64,000 nt of DNA from an uncultured bacterium (GTDB lineage Bacteria > Deinococcota > Deinococci > Deinococcales > Trueperaceae): the NCBI GenBank assembly GCA_964467885.1, contig CAYXUE010000002.1, positions 14,564 to 78,563 on the forward strand, written 5' to 3'. The notes under the pieces were generated by a model. It worked only from the letters and a program-made list of their open reading frames with translations, ran no database searches and was not told the DNA's origin. The position numbers were made by a program, and so were the translations under genes. Shown here piece after piece: positions 9,693-22,849 of the stretch. Positions within the stretch are counted from its first letter, which is position 1. Each line of letters opens with the position of its first letter.

Positions 9693-12085
9693 GGTTCGTC
9701 CGCGGTGCGGGTACGCCGGCCGTGTAGGCGCCGGGTGGGGAGCCCGGAGGAGTGCTTGCCCTCGTACATGCGGCCGTCCGCCCGGTGGAGCAGGCTCTCG
9801 GCGTCCAGCCCGTCCGTCGGGTAGCTGGCCAGCCCCACGCTGGCGCCGAGCTTGAGCCCCTGCACGTCGATGCCTGAGACCATCTTGACCAGCCGCTGCA
9901 TGGCGCTGCGGGCAGCCTCGGGTCGCACCTCGGGAAGTATCAGGACGAACTCGTCTCCGCCCCAGCGGAACACCGAGTCGGTGTCGCGTTTGGAGCTCTT
10001 CAGGGCTTCCGCCACTTGGCGGAGGGCCGCGTCGCCCGCCGCGTGTCCGAAGCGGTCGTTCACGCTCTTGAAGTTGTTCAGGTCCAGCATGACCAGGTTG
10101 AGGTGATGCTCGTAGCGCCGCGCCCGGGCCAGCTCCTGGCGCACCACGCGCTCGAAGCCCTCCCGGTTTCCCAGCCCCGTCAGAGGATCGGTGACGGCTG
10201 AGCGCTCCAGTTCCATCATCTGCTCCGCCTGCCGCACCAGCACGGCGATGTGCTGGGCGAACGACTCCGCCAGACGGAGGGCGTTCTGACTGAAGGCATG
10301 CTCCGTGGAGAAGTTGTCCACGTTGAGGGTGGCCACGATGTTGCCCTCGTGATCGGCGATGGGCACCATGGCCTGGCTCCTCATCCCCGCCAGGCGGCCG
10401 CCCTGGAGGTTCTTGGGCGAACGCTCGGCCGTATCGCTGAGCCGTTCTATGTCGGCGCCTTTCAGCACGCGGGCGGTGCCGGCCAGGAAAGAGTTCTTGT
10501 CGCCCCCGTACCAGTGCAGCTGCTCGGCGTAAGTGAAGGGGCCCGCGTGTGCCTGCAGCTCCTCCAGATCCCAGCCGATGGCCGCTTCGTAATAGAAGAG
10601 GTCGCCGTGACGCACCAGGATGGAGACCGCCTCGGCTCCGGGCACCAGATCCACAGCCGCCTCCGCGGCGCGCCGGTAGAGCACGTTCGGGGCCTCGGAG
10701 CTGCTCAGCTGCCGGATCACCGCCAGCATGGCTATCAGCTGCCTGTTGATGGTGGCTCGGTCCAGACCGGCCCACAGTGGCGTGGTTATGGCCTGCAGCG
10801 TGCTGCGCTGCCCCATGGTCCAGGGCCGCGCTTCACCCACGCGCGTCATGGCCAGCAGGGCCTGCACCTGGTCGCCGGCGTCGGCCACGGGGATCACCGC
10901 CACCGAGCGGGCGTCCTCGGCGCCGCTCCAGAGCGGCGCGCTGACCTGGTCGAGGAACAGGGGCTCACGCGTGTTCCAGACCTGGGCCAGCACACCCTCG
11001 TTCGGCAAGCCGTCCCGCAACTCGCGTTCCCGCTCCGGCGTGAGGGCTCCGCGCACGGCTAGGGAGTGGAACTGGTCGTACTTGAGGGTGAGGAAGGCGG
11101 CGCAATCCACGTCGAGGGCGGGCAGCAGCACGTCGAGGGCGCCTCCGGCCGTGTCGGACACGCTCTCGGTCACCAGCATGCTCTGGCTGAGGTCCGCCAG
11201 CACCTTCAGTTCGGCCTTGTTGCGCGCCAGCTCCTCGGTGGTTTCCAGGCGTTGCAGGACCTCCTCCACCATGCGGACGAACGCCCGCAGGGCCTCCTTC
11301 ACCGCAGGGCCGAACGCGTCGACCTTCTCGTGCTCGAGGTTGAGGACGGCGCGCACCTCGCCGCCGTTCTGGATGGGCAGCGCCAGCTCCGACAGCGTGG
11401 GCGTGGCGCCCGGTGCCACCATGAAGTCGGGGTCGAGGCGCGCGTCCGGCACGTACTGCTGTTCGCCGGACGTGAACGCGCGGCCCGTGACCGTGCGAAG
11501 CGGGATCCGGAAGTCGGCGTCCACGCGCCAGCGGAAGCTGGTGTGCACCACCAGGTGGTCCTCCTCCGGCACGAAGATCTCGGCGTGCGTGAAGGGGAGG
11601 ATGTCCGAGAGCAGCCGCGGCGCGTTGCGGAAGAGCGAGTCCACCGACGTGCACTGGTTGAGCTCGATGGCCGCTTCCTGCAGCAGGTTGGCCCGCCGCT
11701 CGGAGTGGCGTGCGCGGCGCTCGGCGGAGCGCCACAGGGCGAAGATCTGCTGCCCGGCTAGCGCTCCCAGCAGCATGGCCAGGCCCATACCGACGTAGTC
11801 GGAGGGGCCCGCGCGGATGCCGGAGATGGTGGAGTTGAGGAACACCAGCAGGATGCCTACGGGCGCCAGTAGCGCGGCCACCTGCCAGCCCAGGCCGGTG
11901 GTAGCCACGAGGAACGGGATGGCCAGCAGGAAACCCTGCCAGTACGTGACCGCGTCGTTGCCGAAGCTGACCAGGAACAGCAGCACCGAGACCAGCGCGA
12001 GTATCACGGGCCACGAACGTAACCGCAGGCGTAGGAGCCTTCTGGGTAGTACGAGCTTGAAGCGCTCACGTTCCGGGTGTTCCAC
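9683..12085 (-). CDS. Membrane-anchored multi-GAF diguanylate cyclase (GGDEF domain)
   Basis: C-terminal RWGGDEFVLILP active site, preceded by RDTD with RxxD I-site spacing. The N-terminal ~130 aa are hydrophobic, followed by a long central sensor region with GAF-like repeats. GTG start. Confidence 0.8.
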   Translation of the reverse strand: MEHPERERFKLVLPRRLLRLRLRSWPVILALVSVLLFLVSFGNDAVTYWQGFLLAIPFLVATTGLGWQVAALLAPVGILLVFLNSTISGIRAGPSDYVGMGLAMLLGALAGQQIFALWRSAERRARHSERRANLLQEAAIELNQCTSVDSLFRNAPRLLSDILPFTHAEIFVPEEDHLVVHTSFRWRVDADFRIPLRTVTGRAFTSGEQQYVPDARLDPDFMVAPGATPTLSELALPIQNGGEVRAVLNLEHEKVDAFGPAVKEALRAFVRMVEEVLQRLETTEELARNKAELKVLADLSQSMLVTESVSDTAGGALDVLLPALDVDCAAFLTLKYDQFHSLAVRGALTPERERELRDGLPNEGVLAQVWNTREPLFLDQVSAPLWSGAEDARSVAVIPVADAGDQVQALLAMTRVGEARPWTMGQRSTLQAITTPLWAGLDRATINRQLIAMLAVIRQLSSSEAPNVLYRRAAEAAVDLVPGAEAVSILVRHGDLFYYEAAIGWDLEELQAHAGPFTYAEQLHWYGGDKNSFLAGTARVLKGADIERLSDTAERSPKNLQGGRLAGMRSQAMVPIADHEGNIVATLNVDNFSTEHAFSQNALRLAESFAQHIAVLVRQAEQMMELERSAVTDPLTGLGNREGFERVVRQELARARRYEHHLNLVMLDLNNFKSVNDRFGHAAGDAALRQVAEALKSSKRDTDSVFRWGGDEFVLILPEVRPEAARSAMQRLVKMVSGIDVQGLKLGASVGLASYPTDGLDAESLLHRADGRMYEGKHSSGLPTRRLHGRRTRTADEPQA

Positions 12086-12220
12086 GCTCGGATTCTGGCA
12101 GGAGGCGTATGACGGAGTCCTTAAGGTGTTCTGACGGGATTGTCACCCGTGCCGAGGTTCCCCTCTACGCTCACGTTGCCGTGGTTAGCGCGGCTTCAGG
12201 GCGGTCCGGCCCCGGCACGA

Positions 12221-12226
12221 TAGACT
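12221..12226 (+). promoter_or_regulatory. -10-like box TAGACT, 7 nt upstream of the ftsK GTG (leaderless-type)
   Basis: The sequence reads TAGACT atggccc GTG, with no SD. Confidence 0.45.
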
Positions 12227-12233
12227 ATGGCCC

Positions 12234-15446
<3,213 letters not shown>

Positions 15447-15476
15447 ACGGCTGGCGCCGCCCAGGCGTCCGTCCCT

Positions 15477-16424
15477 CTACCTGACGTCCACCTTGGGGCT
15501 GCGCCCCACTTCGGACTCGAGTTCGCCGCCCACGGCCACCCCGTAGGCCATGGCCGGGCTGTTGAAGGCCACCACCAGCTGGCCCCGTGCGGTGACTGCG
15601 ATGAGGCCCCCGTCACCGTCCAGCCGCGCTACGTCGTCCAGCGCCTGCTGGGTGGCCTCGCCCAGTTCTCTGCCGGCGTGCAGCGCCGCAGCCAGTCGCG
15701 CGGCCGTGGCAGCCTCCATGAAAGCCTCGCCCTTGCCCGTGCACGATATGGCCACATGCTCGTCGGCGTAGGTGCCCAGCCCGGGGATGGGCGCGTCGCC
15801 CACCCGGCCGCTCCACTGGCCGGTGCGCCCACCGGTGCTGGTGGCGGCGGCCAGGTTGCCCTCGTCGTCCAGGGCCACGGCGCCCACGGTGTTCGAGCCC
15901 GCCTGGGACCGGGCCCGCTGTGGGTCGATGGGCTGCTCCAGGTCACCCTCGTTGCCCACGCGCCAGCGCTCGAGCGAAGCGCGGCTCTTGGCGGTCAACA
16001 GCACGGAGTTCTCCACGGGCTCCTCCACGAGCGCCTCCGCACCGGGGCCGATGAGCAGCACGTGGGGAGTGGTGCGCCGCACCAGGTCGGCCAGCAGGAT
16101 GGGGTTCCTCGTGTTGGTCACGCCCGCCACTGCGCCGGCGCGGGTGCCGGGTGCCGCGTGCGAGACCATGACGCAGGCGTCCAACTCAGCGACGCCGTCG
16201 CGGGTCAGGGCACCGCCCACGCCGGCGTTGAACGCCTCCTCGTTGGACTCCATGCTGGTGACGGCCGCCAGCACCGCTGCCAGGGCCGCGCTGCGGCCTT
16301 CCTGCGCGCCGCCTGTCAGGGCCGCGGCGCCCGCTGCTAGTGCGGTCTCGAGACCCGCTTCGTAGGCCGCCTGATAGCGCTCGGCTATGGTGCCGGCGCC
16401 GCCATGAATGAGGAGGATCGCCAT
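15477..16424 (-). CDS. Isoaspartyl peptidase / L-asparaginase (Ntn-hydrolase family)
   Basis: Contains ...GSNTVGAVALDDEGNLAAATSTGG..., which includes the autoprocessing Thr motif. The 315-aa length fits. Confidence 0.85.
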   Translation of the reverse strand: MAILLIHGGAGTIAERYQAAYEAGLETALAAGAAALTGGAQEGRSAALAAVLAAVTSMESNEEAFNAGVGGALTRDGVAELDACVMVSHAAPGTRAGAVAGVTNTRNPILLADLVRRTTPHVLLIGPGAEALVEEPVENSVLLTAKSRASLERWRVGNEGDLEQPIDPQRARSQAGSNTVGAVALDDEGNLAAATSTGGRTGQWSGRVGDAPIPGLGTYADEHVAISCTGKGEAFMEAATAARLAAALHAGRELGEATQQALDDVARLDGDGGLIAVTARGQLVVAFNSPAMAYGVAVGGELESEVGRSPKVDVR

Positions 16425-16461
16425 ACGGAAGCTTACCTTCCGGTGGCGCTACGTCGTTCGG

Positions 16462-16467
16462 TACACT
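16462..16467 (+). promoter_or_regulatory. -10-like box TACACT, 7 nt upstream of the mreD ATG (leaderless-type)
   Basis: The sequence reads TACACT tgagccg ATG, with no SD. Confidence 0.45.
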
Positions 16468-16474
16468 TGAGCCG

Positions 16475-16966
16475 ATGCGCCTTGTGTTCTTCTACCTGAT
16501 CCTGCTGGTGGCACAAGGTTTCATCGCCGCGCTGCTGGCGCCTCTGCCTTCACCCGACCTGTTCCTGTTGGCCGTGCTCACGCTGCTGTGGCGCGTGAAA
16601 CCGTGGCAGCTGGTGCTGGTGGGTTACGGAGCCGGCCTGCTCCAGGACCTGGTGGGCAGCGGCGTGCTCGGTAGTCACGCTTTCGCCCTGGCGGGCGCGG
16701 CCCTGGTAGCGTCGCTGGTGCGCGCTCAGCTCTCCAACACCGGCGTGCTCGAGCGCGCTCTGGTCGTGTTCGTGGCCAGTCTTGGCAAGTGGTTCATCAT
16801 GGCCGCCATGCTCCTCTGGCTGGCGGGCGGCGAGGTGGGCCTCGCGCGCCTCGGGGTGGTGGCGCTGACCGAGTCGGCGCTCACCGTGGCCGCGGGCCTG
16901 CTGGTCCTGCCCTGGGGCGCTGCCCTGTTGCAGCGCAGCCGCATACTGCAGAAGGAGCTTCTCTAG
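16475..16966 (+). CDS. mreD: Rod shape-determining protein MreD
   Basis: 163-aa polytopic membrane protein that directly abuts the PBP2 gene (stop at 16966, ATG at 16967). The position and hydrophobic profile are typical of MreD. Confidence 0.6.
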   Translation: MRLVFFYLILLVAQGFIAALLAPLPSPDLFLLAVLTLLWRVKPWQLVLVGYGAGLLQDLVGSGVLGSHAFALAGAALVASLVRAQLSNTGVLERALVVFVASLGKWFIMAAMLLWLAGGEVGLARLGVVALTESALTVAAGLLVLPWGAALLQRSRILQKELL

Positions 16967-18769
16967 ATGGTCGGACGCATGAAGGTACTGCTGGCGGTGA
17001 TCCTCACCCTGCTGGCGCTCTTCACCGTCCGGCTCATGCACCTGCAGCTGGTCATGGCCGACGAGTACGTGGCCAAGTCCGAGCAGAACGCGCTGCAGCA
17101 GCGCCGCATCGTCCCGCTGCGCGGCCGCATCCTGGCGCGCGACGGCACGGTGCTGGCCGACGACCGGGTGGCCTACGACCTGCTCTACCGCGGCGGCGAG
17201 ATCAAGGGCTGGGAGGCGCTGGCCGGGCTGCTGGGCCTCGAAGGCCCGCCCAAACCGCCTGACCCCACCAAGCCGGAGGAGATGGTCAACGGGGCGGTGC
17301 TGGCCTGGAACATCCCCGACGAGCTGGTGCCCGCCGTGGAGGAGCGCGTGGCGCTGAGCCCCAACCTCCACCTGCGCGAACGCATCGAGCGGACCTACCC
17401 CACGAACCTGGCGGCCCAGACCGTGGGCTACACCTCGCAGGCCGACCCCGCGAGGAACCCCGGTTACACCAACAACGACCTGGTGGGGGTCATGGGCCTG
17501 GAGGCGGGCCTCGAAGAGGTGCTCTTCGGCGCCGCCGGCAGCCGGGAGGTGGAGGTCGACAACCGCGGCACGGTGGTGGCCTCCAAGGTGGTGCTGAACG
17601 CGCAGCCGGGCGAAGACGTGGTGCTGACGCTGGACCCCAAGCTGCAGCGGGTGGCGGAGGACGTGCTGGCCAGCTCCCTGGAGTACGTCAACTCCGATCG
17701 CGCGCGGGTGGGCCTGCCGCTCGAGGAAGTGGCGCGGGGCGCCATCGTGGCGCTGGACCCGCACACGGGCGAGATACTCGCCATGGCTTCGTACCCCACC
17801 TTCGACCAGAACGTTTTCACCTACCGGCCCTCCAACCCGGAGGCCGTGTCGGCCATCCTCACGGACTCCCGCAACATGCCGCTCTCCAACCGGGCGGTCG
17901 AGGCGTACGCTCCGGCGTCCACCTTCAAGGTGGTCACCAGCTCCGCCATGATGGAGTTCGGCTACGCCGGGCCCGACACCCTCTACCCCTGCTCGGCCAC
18001 CTTCCACTTCGCCGGCAGCACGTGGGCCAACTGGGCCAACTACCACAAGGGCAACTACGACGCGCGCCACGCCCTGGCGGACAGCTGCAACACGTACTAC
18101 TACTACGCCGCGGCCGACACGCCCGGCTTCAGCCAGGGCTGGTCGCCCTTCATCTCCGACGTGGTGGACCGCGCCCGGGAGTTCGGTTTCGGGGTGCGCG
18201 TGGGCGTGGGCCTGCCGGAGGAGAAGGCCGGTCGCATACCCGACCGCGACTGGGTACGGGCGCAGCCGCAGTACGAGTACGGCTGGTTGCCCGGCTTCAC
18301 GCTGAACACGGTCATCGGGCAGGGCGACGTGCTGGCCACACCCCTGCAGGTGGCGCAGTTCATCGCCACGCTGGCCCTGGACGGCCGCATGGTCGAGCCG
18401 CACCTGGTGAAGCAGGTGGGCGACCGGACCTTCGTGCCCGAGGTGACGCAGCTGGGGGGCCGCTACTGGTCCGTGCTCAAGGAGGGCATGCGCATGATGC
18501 TCACCGACTACCCGTCGCGCAGCATCCTGGGCCCGGGCGTCTTCCCCGTCAGCGTGGCCGGCAAGACCGGCACGGCCGAGACGCCGCGCGGCGCCGACTA
18601 CACCCACGCCTGGTTCATGGGCTTCAGCCCGTACGAGGACCCGGAGGTGGCCTTCGTGGTATTCATCGAGTACGGAGGTTCCAGTTCGCGCGTCGCCATC
18701 CCGGTCGCCCGTGACTTCATGGCGGGCTACTGGAGCCTTAAAGGTGTGGAGGTAGCCAACAACCCATGA
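16967..18769 (+). CDS. mrdA: Penicillin-binding protein 2 (elongasome transpeptidase)
   Basis: N-terminal TM anchor. STFK (SxxK) and KTGTA (KTG) transpeptidase motifs are present. Confidence 0.9.
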   Translation: MVGRMKVLLAVILTLLALFTVRLMHLQLVMADEYVAKSEQNALQQRRIVPLRGRILARDGTVLADDRVAYDLLYRGGEIKGWEALAGLLGLEGPPKPPDPTKPEEMVNGAVLAWNIPDELVPAVEERVALSPNLHLRERIERTYPTNLAAQTVGYTSQADPARNPGYTNNDLVGVMGLEAGLEEVLFGAAGSREVEVDNRGTVVASKVVLNAQPGEDVVLTLDPKLQRVAEDVLASSLEYVNSDRARVGLPLEEVARGAIVALDPHTGEILAMASYPTFDQNVFTYRPSNPEAVSAILTDSRNMPLSNRAVEAYAPASTFKVVTSSAMMEFGYAGPDTLYPCSATFHFAGSTWANWANYHKGNYDARHALADSCNTYYYYAAADTPGFSQGWSPFISDVVDRAREFGFGVRVGVGLPEEKAGRIPDRDWVRAQPQYEYGWLPGFTLNTVIGQGDVLATPLQVAQFIATLALDGRMVEPHLVKQVGDRTFVPEVTQLGGRYWSVLKEGMRMMLTDYPSRSILGPGVFPVSVAGKTGTAETPRGADYTHAWFMGFSPYEDPEVAFVVFIEYGGSSSRVAIPVARDFMAGYWSLKGVEVANNP

Positions 18770-19329
18770 AGGCCAGAGGAACCCGTGGTGGCATCCTGTT
18801 GTCGCTCGAGCCGGGTGACGACGTCACGCAGGTGGGCGGCGCACTGGACGCGCACGCCGAGCTGCTGGAAGGGCGCGTCTCGCTGGAGCTAGCCGAGCGC
18901 ACCCCGTTCGAACTCGTCCAGGAGGTAGCGGAGCGCGTCAAGGCCGCCGGTGGTGAGCTGGTGGACGTGAGGCCGCCCACCGCGGTCATCCAGGCGCGCG
19001 GCGAGACCGTCATCGTGGCCCGCACCGTGCGCTCCGGCGCCCGCGTGGAATCGAGCGGCTCCGTGGTGGTGCTGGGCGACGTGAACTCCGGCGCCGAGAT
19101 CCTGGCCAACGACGACATCATCGTGGTGGGCATGCTGCGCGGCCTGGCGCACGCGGGCGCCTCCGGCAACGAGAAGGCCGTCATCTGGGCGGAGCGGATC
19201 ATGAGTCCACAGCTCCGCATCGGCGGCGCGCTGGCGCAGTCGGGCGGGGACGAGAGCGAGAGCCAAGGCCCCGAAGTGGCCCACTTGAAGGACGGAGCTA
19301 TCCTCATCCGCCCCTGGAACACGCTCTGA
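18766..19329 (+). CDS. minC: Septum site-determining protein MinC
   Basis: The C-terminal beta-helix region VVVLGDVNSGAEILANDDIIVVGMLRGLAHAG is typical of MinC. ATGA overlap with mrdA. Confidence 0.7.
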   Translation: MKARGTRGGILLSLEPGDDVTQVGGALDAHAELLEGRVSLELAERTPFELVQEVAERVKAAGGELVDVRPPTAVIQARGETVIVARTVRSGARVESSGSVVVLGDVNSGAEILANDDIIVVGMLRGLAHAGASGNEKAVIWAERIMSPQLRIGGALAQSGGDESESQGPEVAHLKDGAILIRPWNTL

Positions 19330-19396
19330 GCGGCCGCTCGGCCCGCGTTGCCTCGGCGCGGCGAGCCGTAGCGGTCGGCTCCCGAAGGGAACCTCA

Positions 19397-20569
19397 ATGA
19401 GAGAAGTAGTGATCACCACCGCCGTACGCACGCCCGTGGGGCGCGCCCACAAGGGTCTGCTCAAGGACACCCGCCCGGACGACCTGGCGGCGTTCATCAC
19501 GCGTGAGGCCCTGGCGCGCACGCCCGGTCTCGAGCCCGCGCAGGTCGACGACCTACTGCTCGGCAACGCCCACCCCGAGGGCGAGGCCGGTTACAACATG
19601 GCGCGTATAGCCGTGCAACTGGCCGGCCTGCCGGACAGCGTGGCGGCCGCCACCATCAACCGTTTCTGCGCCTCGGGCCTGCAGACCATCGTGCAGGGCG
19701 TGCACTCCGTGGTGCTGGGCATGAACGAGGTAGTGCTGGCCGGCGGCAGCGACAACACCAGCCGCGTGCCCATGGGCGGCCACAAGCTCGCGCCCAACCG
19801 GGCTCTGGTCAAGAGCAAGCCCGGTGCGTACCACTCCATGGGGCAGACGGCGGAAGCCGTGGCGCGCCGTTACGGCGTCAGCCGCCAGGAGCAGGACGCC
19901 TTCGCGCTCAACAGCCACCGCAAGGCGCTGGCGGCCAGAGAGCGGGGCTTCTTCGACGACCACGTGATACCCGTGCCTACCCGCGTGCAGGACGAGGAAG
20001 GCTCCTGGCACGACGTGGTGCTCTCCCAGGACGAGGGCCCGCGCGCCGGTACCAGCCTCGAGAAGTTGGCGGAGCTGCGCACCGTCTTCGCGGAGGACGA
20101 GGCTGCCACCGTGACGGCCGGCAACTCGAGCCCCCTGAACGACGGCGCGGCGATGACTGTCATCATGAGTGCCGAGCGGGCCCAGGCGCTGGGTCTCAAG
20201 CCGCTGGCGCGGCTGGTGCAGGCCGCCGTGGTGGGCGTGGATCCGGAAGTCATGGGCATCGGCCCGGTGCCGGCGATCCGCAAGCTACTGGACAAGACCG
20301 GCATGAGCGTGGCGGACGTGGACCTGTTCGAGATCAACGAGGCGTTCGCCAGCCAGGCGTTCTACAGCCAGCGCGAACTGGGCATCCCCGACGAGAAGCT
20401 GAACGTCAACGGCGGCGCCATCGCCATCGGTCACCCGCTGGGCGCCACCGGCGCCCGCATCGCGGCAGACCTCTTCGCCGAGATGCACGCACGCGGCGCC
20501 GAACACGGCGTCATCTCCATGTGCGTGGGCGGCGGGCAGGGCATGGCGGCACTGTTCCAGCGCCTGTAG
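19397..20569 (+). CDS. Acetyl-CoA C-acetyltransferase (thiolase II)
   Basis: NRFCASGLQ (acyl-Cys), [11 protein letters not shown], and the C-terminal CVGGGQGMA motif. Confidence 0.9.
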   Translation: MREVVITTAVRTPVGRAHKGLLKDTRPDDLAAFITREALARTPGLEPAQVDDLLLGNAHPEGEAGYNMARIAVQLAGLPDSVAAATINRFCASGLQTIVQGVHSVVLGMNEVVLAGGSDNTSRVPMGGHKLAPNRALVKSKPGAYHSMGQTAEAVARRYGVSRQEQDAFALNSHRKALAARERGFFDDHVIPVPTRVQDEEGSWHDVVLSQDEGPRAGTSLEKLAELRTVFAEDEAATVTAGNSSPLNDGAAMTVIMSAERAQALGLKPLARLVQAAVVGVDPEVMGIGPVPAIRKLLDKTGMSVADVDLFEINEAFASQAFYSQRELGIPDEKLNVNGGAIAIGHPLGATGARIAADLFAEMHARGAEHGVISMCVGGGQGMAALFQRL

Positions 20570-20583
20570 GTTCGAGCGGGTAA

Positions 20584-20612
20584 GGGCCCGCGCAACACCC
20601 GGCAGCGGGCCC
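20584..20612. terminator. GC-rich hairpin between convergent genes
   Basis: gggcccgc (20584-20591) pairs with gcgggccc (20605-20612), with a 13-nt loop. Confidence 0.35.
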
Positions 20613-20676
20613 GGCGCACCAAGGTCGCCCGGCCCGCTTACCTATCCACTCAGGGGCCGGGCGGTCGGCTAGGTCC

Positions 20677-21816
20677 TCAACCGTGCCCAGCGGCGTCCGG
20701 ACCCGGACCACCGTTGCCGCGCCCCCGCGCCTCGTAACCGGCGGCCCGCAGGGCCGCAGCCCCGCGCTCCTGCTCGTCCAGGCTCTCGAACGCCAGCCTG
20801 ATGGCGCCGCCCGCCTCGCGTACGCCGAGGACCTCTATGTCCTTCACGTTCACTTGGGCCTCGCCCAGCGCCCGGGTGATGCGCGCCAGCTCGCCCGGCC
20901 TGTCCGGCACGGCTATGACCACCTCGAAGCGGGCCGGCAGCAGGCTGCGGCGCACGATCGGGATGGAGCCGCGCGTGAGCCTGGCGCTCTCTCCGGCCGC
21001 CAGCAGTTCCTCCGGCTGGTCCAGCAGCTGCTCCAGGTGCTCCAGCTGGCGCCGGTAGGCACCCAGCGCCTGGCGCACGGCGGGGGCGTTGCCGGCCACC
21101 ATGTCGCGGCTCATGGTGGGGTCACCGCTGGCCACGCGCGTCAGGTCCCGGAAGCCGCCGGCCGCCAGCAGCATCAGCAGCTCGCTGTCCTCGTCCTCCG
21201 CCACCAGCGAGGTCAGGGCCACCGCCGCCAGGTAGGGGAGGTGGCTGACGGTGGCCACCAGCTCGTCGTGCAGCTGCGGGCTCACCTCTATGGGCCTGGC
21301 GCCCAGAGCCTGCACGAACTCGCGTACGCGCGCGAGGGCGTCCTCGTCCGTGACGCCTCCCTCGGGCGTCAGTGCCCACACCGCGTTCTCCAGCAGTGCG
21401 GCGTCCGCGTTCAGAACGCCGCCCTGCTCGCTGCCAGCCATCGGGTGCCCGCCCACGAAGCGCGCGCCGGACCCCGACAGGCCCCGCACCACCGGGGCCT
21501 TGACGCCGCCTACGTCGGTGACGATGGCGTGGGGTGCGAGATGGGGCAGGAGCGCGCTGCCCACGGGCACCAGCGTGCGCGCCGGGGTGGCCAGGATCAC
21601 CAGGTCGGCCTCGGCCAGCCAGGGGCCGGGCTTGAGTTGCGCCTCGTCGATGGCGCCGAGGCCGCGCGCGGCATCCAGGGTGGTCGGCGATAGGTCGAGG
21701 CCCACCACCCGCCGCGCCAGGAAACGTTGCCGCGCGCTCAGGCCGATGGAGCCACCTATCAAGCCGACCCCGACCACGACCACCGTGTCGAACAGGGGTG
21801 CGGGCCGCACCGCTAC
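20677..21816 (-). CDS. tyrA: Prephenate dehydrogenase with a C-terminal ACT-like domain
   Basis: VVGVGLIGGSIG NAD-binding fold near the N-terminus. I prefer the GTG at 21816, immediately after the upstream gene's stop; the listed ORF extends to 21885. Confidence 0.8.
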   Translation of the reverse strand, partial: VAVRPAPLFDTVVVVGVGLIGGSIGLSARQRFLARRVVGLDLSPTTLDAARGLGAIDEAQLKPGPWLAEADLVILATPARTLVPVGSALLPHLAPHAIVTDVGGVKAPVVRGLSGSGARFVGGHPMAGSEQGGVLNADAALLENAVWALTPEGGVTDEDALARVREFVQALGARPIEVSPQLHDELVATVSHLPYLAAVALTSLVAEDEDSELLMLLAAGGFRDLTRVASGDPTMSRDMVAGNAPAVRQALGAYRRQLEHLEQLLDQPEELLAAGESARLTRGSIPIVRRSLLPARFEVVIAVPDRPGELARITRALGEAQVNVKDIEVLGVREAGGAIRLAFESLDEQERGAAALRAAGYEARGRGNGGPGPDAAGHG

Positions 21817-21817
21817 C

Positions 21818-22849
21818 TCAGAGGCTCTTGCCCAGCGCGGTGACGACCTTGCCGAGCCTGTCCATGAGGTCGCCGAACTCCGCATCGTCCAGCTGCTGCG
21901 CCGCGTCCGACTTGGCCTCCTCCGGCTTGGGGTGCACCTCCACGATCAGGCCGTCCGCGCCGGCCGCCGCGCTGGCCAGCGCCAGGGAGGCAACCAGCGG
22001 GCGCCTGCCCGCCGCGTGGCTGGGGTCCACCCACACGGGCAGGTGCGAGAGCTCCTTCAGCACGGGCACGGCGCTCACATCCAGCGTGAAGCGCGTGGAG
22101 GTCTCGAAGGTGCGGATGCCGCGCTCGCACAGGATGACGTTGGGGTTGCCCTGGCTGAGCACGTACTCAGCCGCCTGCAGGAACTCGGCGATGGAGGTGC
22201 TCATGCCGCGCTTGAACAGCACCGGCTTGCCCGCCTTGCCCACCTCGGCCAGCAGCGCGAAGTTCTGGCTGTTGCGGGCGCCGATCTGTAGCATGTCGGC
22301 GCTGGCCGCCACCTTCTCCACCAGCTCCGGTGCCGTGACCTCCGTGACGATGGGCATGCCCGTGCTGGCCCGCGCCTCCTCCAGGATCTCGAGGCCCTCT
22401 CCCTGCAGCCCCTGGAAGGCGTAGGGACTGGTGCGCGGCTTGTAAGCTCCACCGCGCAGCACGGCGCCACCCCGGCGCTGCACTATCTCGGCGGCGCCTA
22501 GGAGCTGCTCGCGGCTCTCCACGCCGCAGGGGCCGGCGGCCACCACGAAGCGGCCGTTACCCGTCTTCACGGCGTTCGAGCCGTTCCCGCCTATGACCAC
22601 GAACGAGTCGTCGTGCCTGAACTCGCGGGAGGCCAGTTTGTACGGCTTGGTGATCCGCACCACCGTGTCCACCGACACGAGGCCGGCCAGTTGCTCCCTC
22701 AACTCCTCGGTAGGCGCCGGTCCGATGGCGCCTATGAGCGTGCGCTCCTCGCCCTGACTGACGTGGGGGGTGAAGCCGAGCGCCTTGATGTCGTTGATCA
22801 CACGCTCCACGGCTTCCGCCGGGGCGTTCTTCGCCATGACTATGACCAT
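21818..22849 (-). CDS. 3-deoxy-7-phosphoheptulonate (DAHP) synthase, type I-beta, with an N-terminal ferredoxin-like regulatory domain
   Basis: KPRTSPYAFQGL and VWVDPSHAAGRR motifs. The N-terminal ~70 aa (MVIVMAKNAPAEAVERVINDIKALGF...) form a small regulatory domain. An AGGAGA SD lies 6 nt before the ATG at 22849; the listed ORF extends to 23002. Confidence 0.85.
   Translation of the reverse strand: MVIVMAKNAPAEAVERVINDIKALGFTPHVSQGEERTLIGAIGPAPTEELREQLAGLVSVDTVVRITKPYKLASREFRHDDSFVVIGGNGSNAVKTGNGRFVVAAGPCGVESREQLLGAAEIVQRRGGAVLRGGAYKPRTSPYAFQGLQGEGLEILEEARASTGMPIVTEVTAPELVEKVAASADMLQIGARNSQNFALLAEVGKAGKPVLFKRGMSTSIAEFLQAAEYVLSQGNPNVILCERGIRTFETSTRFTLDVSAVPVLKELSHLPVWVDPSHAAGRRPLVASLALASAAAGADGLIVEVHPKPEEAKSDAAQQLDDAEFGDLMDRLGKVVTALGKSL

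Noticed and set aside
16550-18607. 685-aa ORF antisense to mreD/mrdA.
   Set aside because: The same reasoning applies. The plus frame carries the SxxK/KTG PBP motifs, and the antisense translation is low-complexity and Arg/Gly/His-rich.
19327-19338. 12-nt perfect palindrome gagcggccgctc right after the minC stop.
   Set aside because: The stem is too short and has no loop, so it cannot act as a terminator on its own. It is probably incidental.
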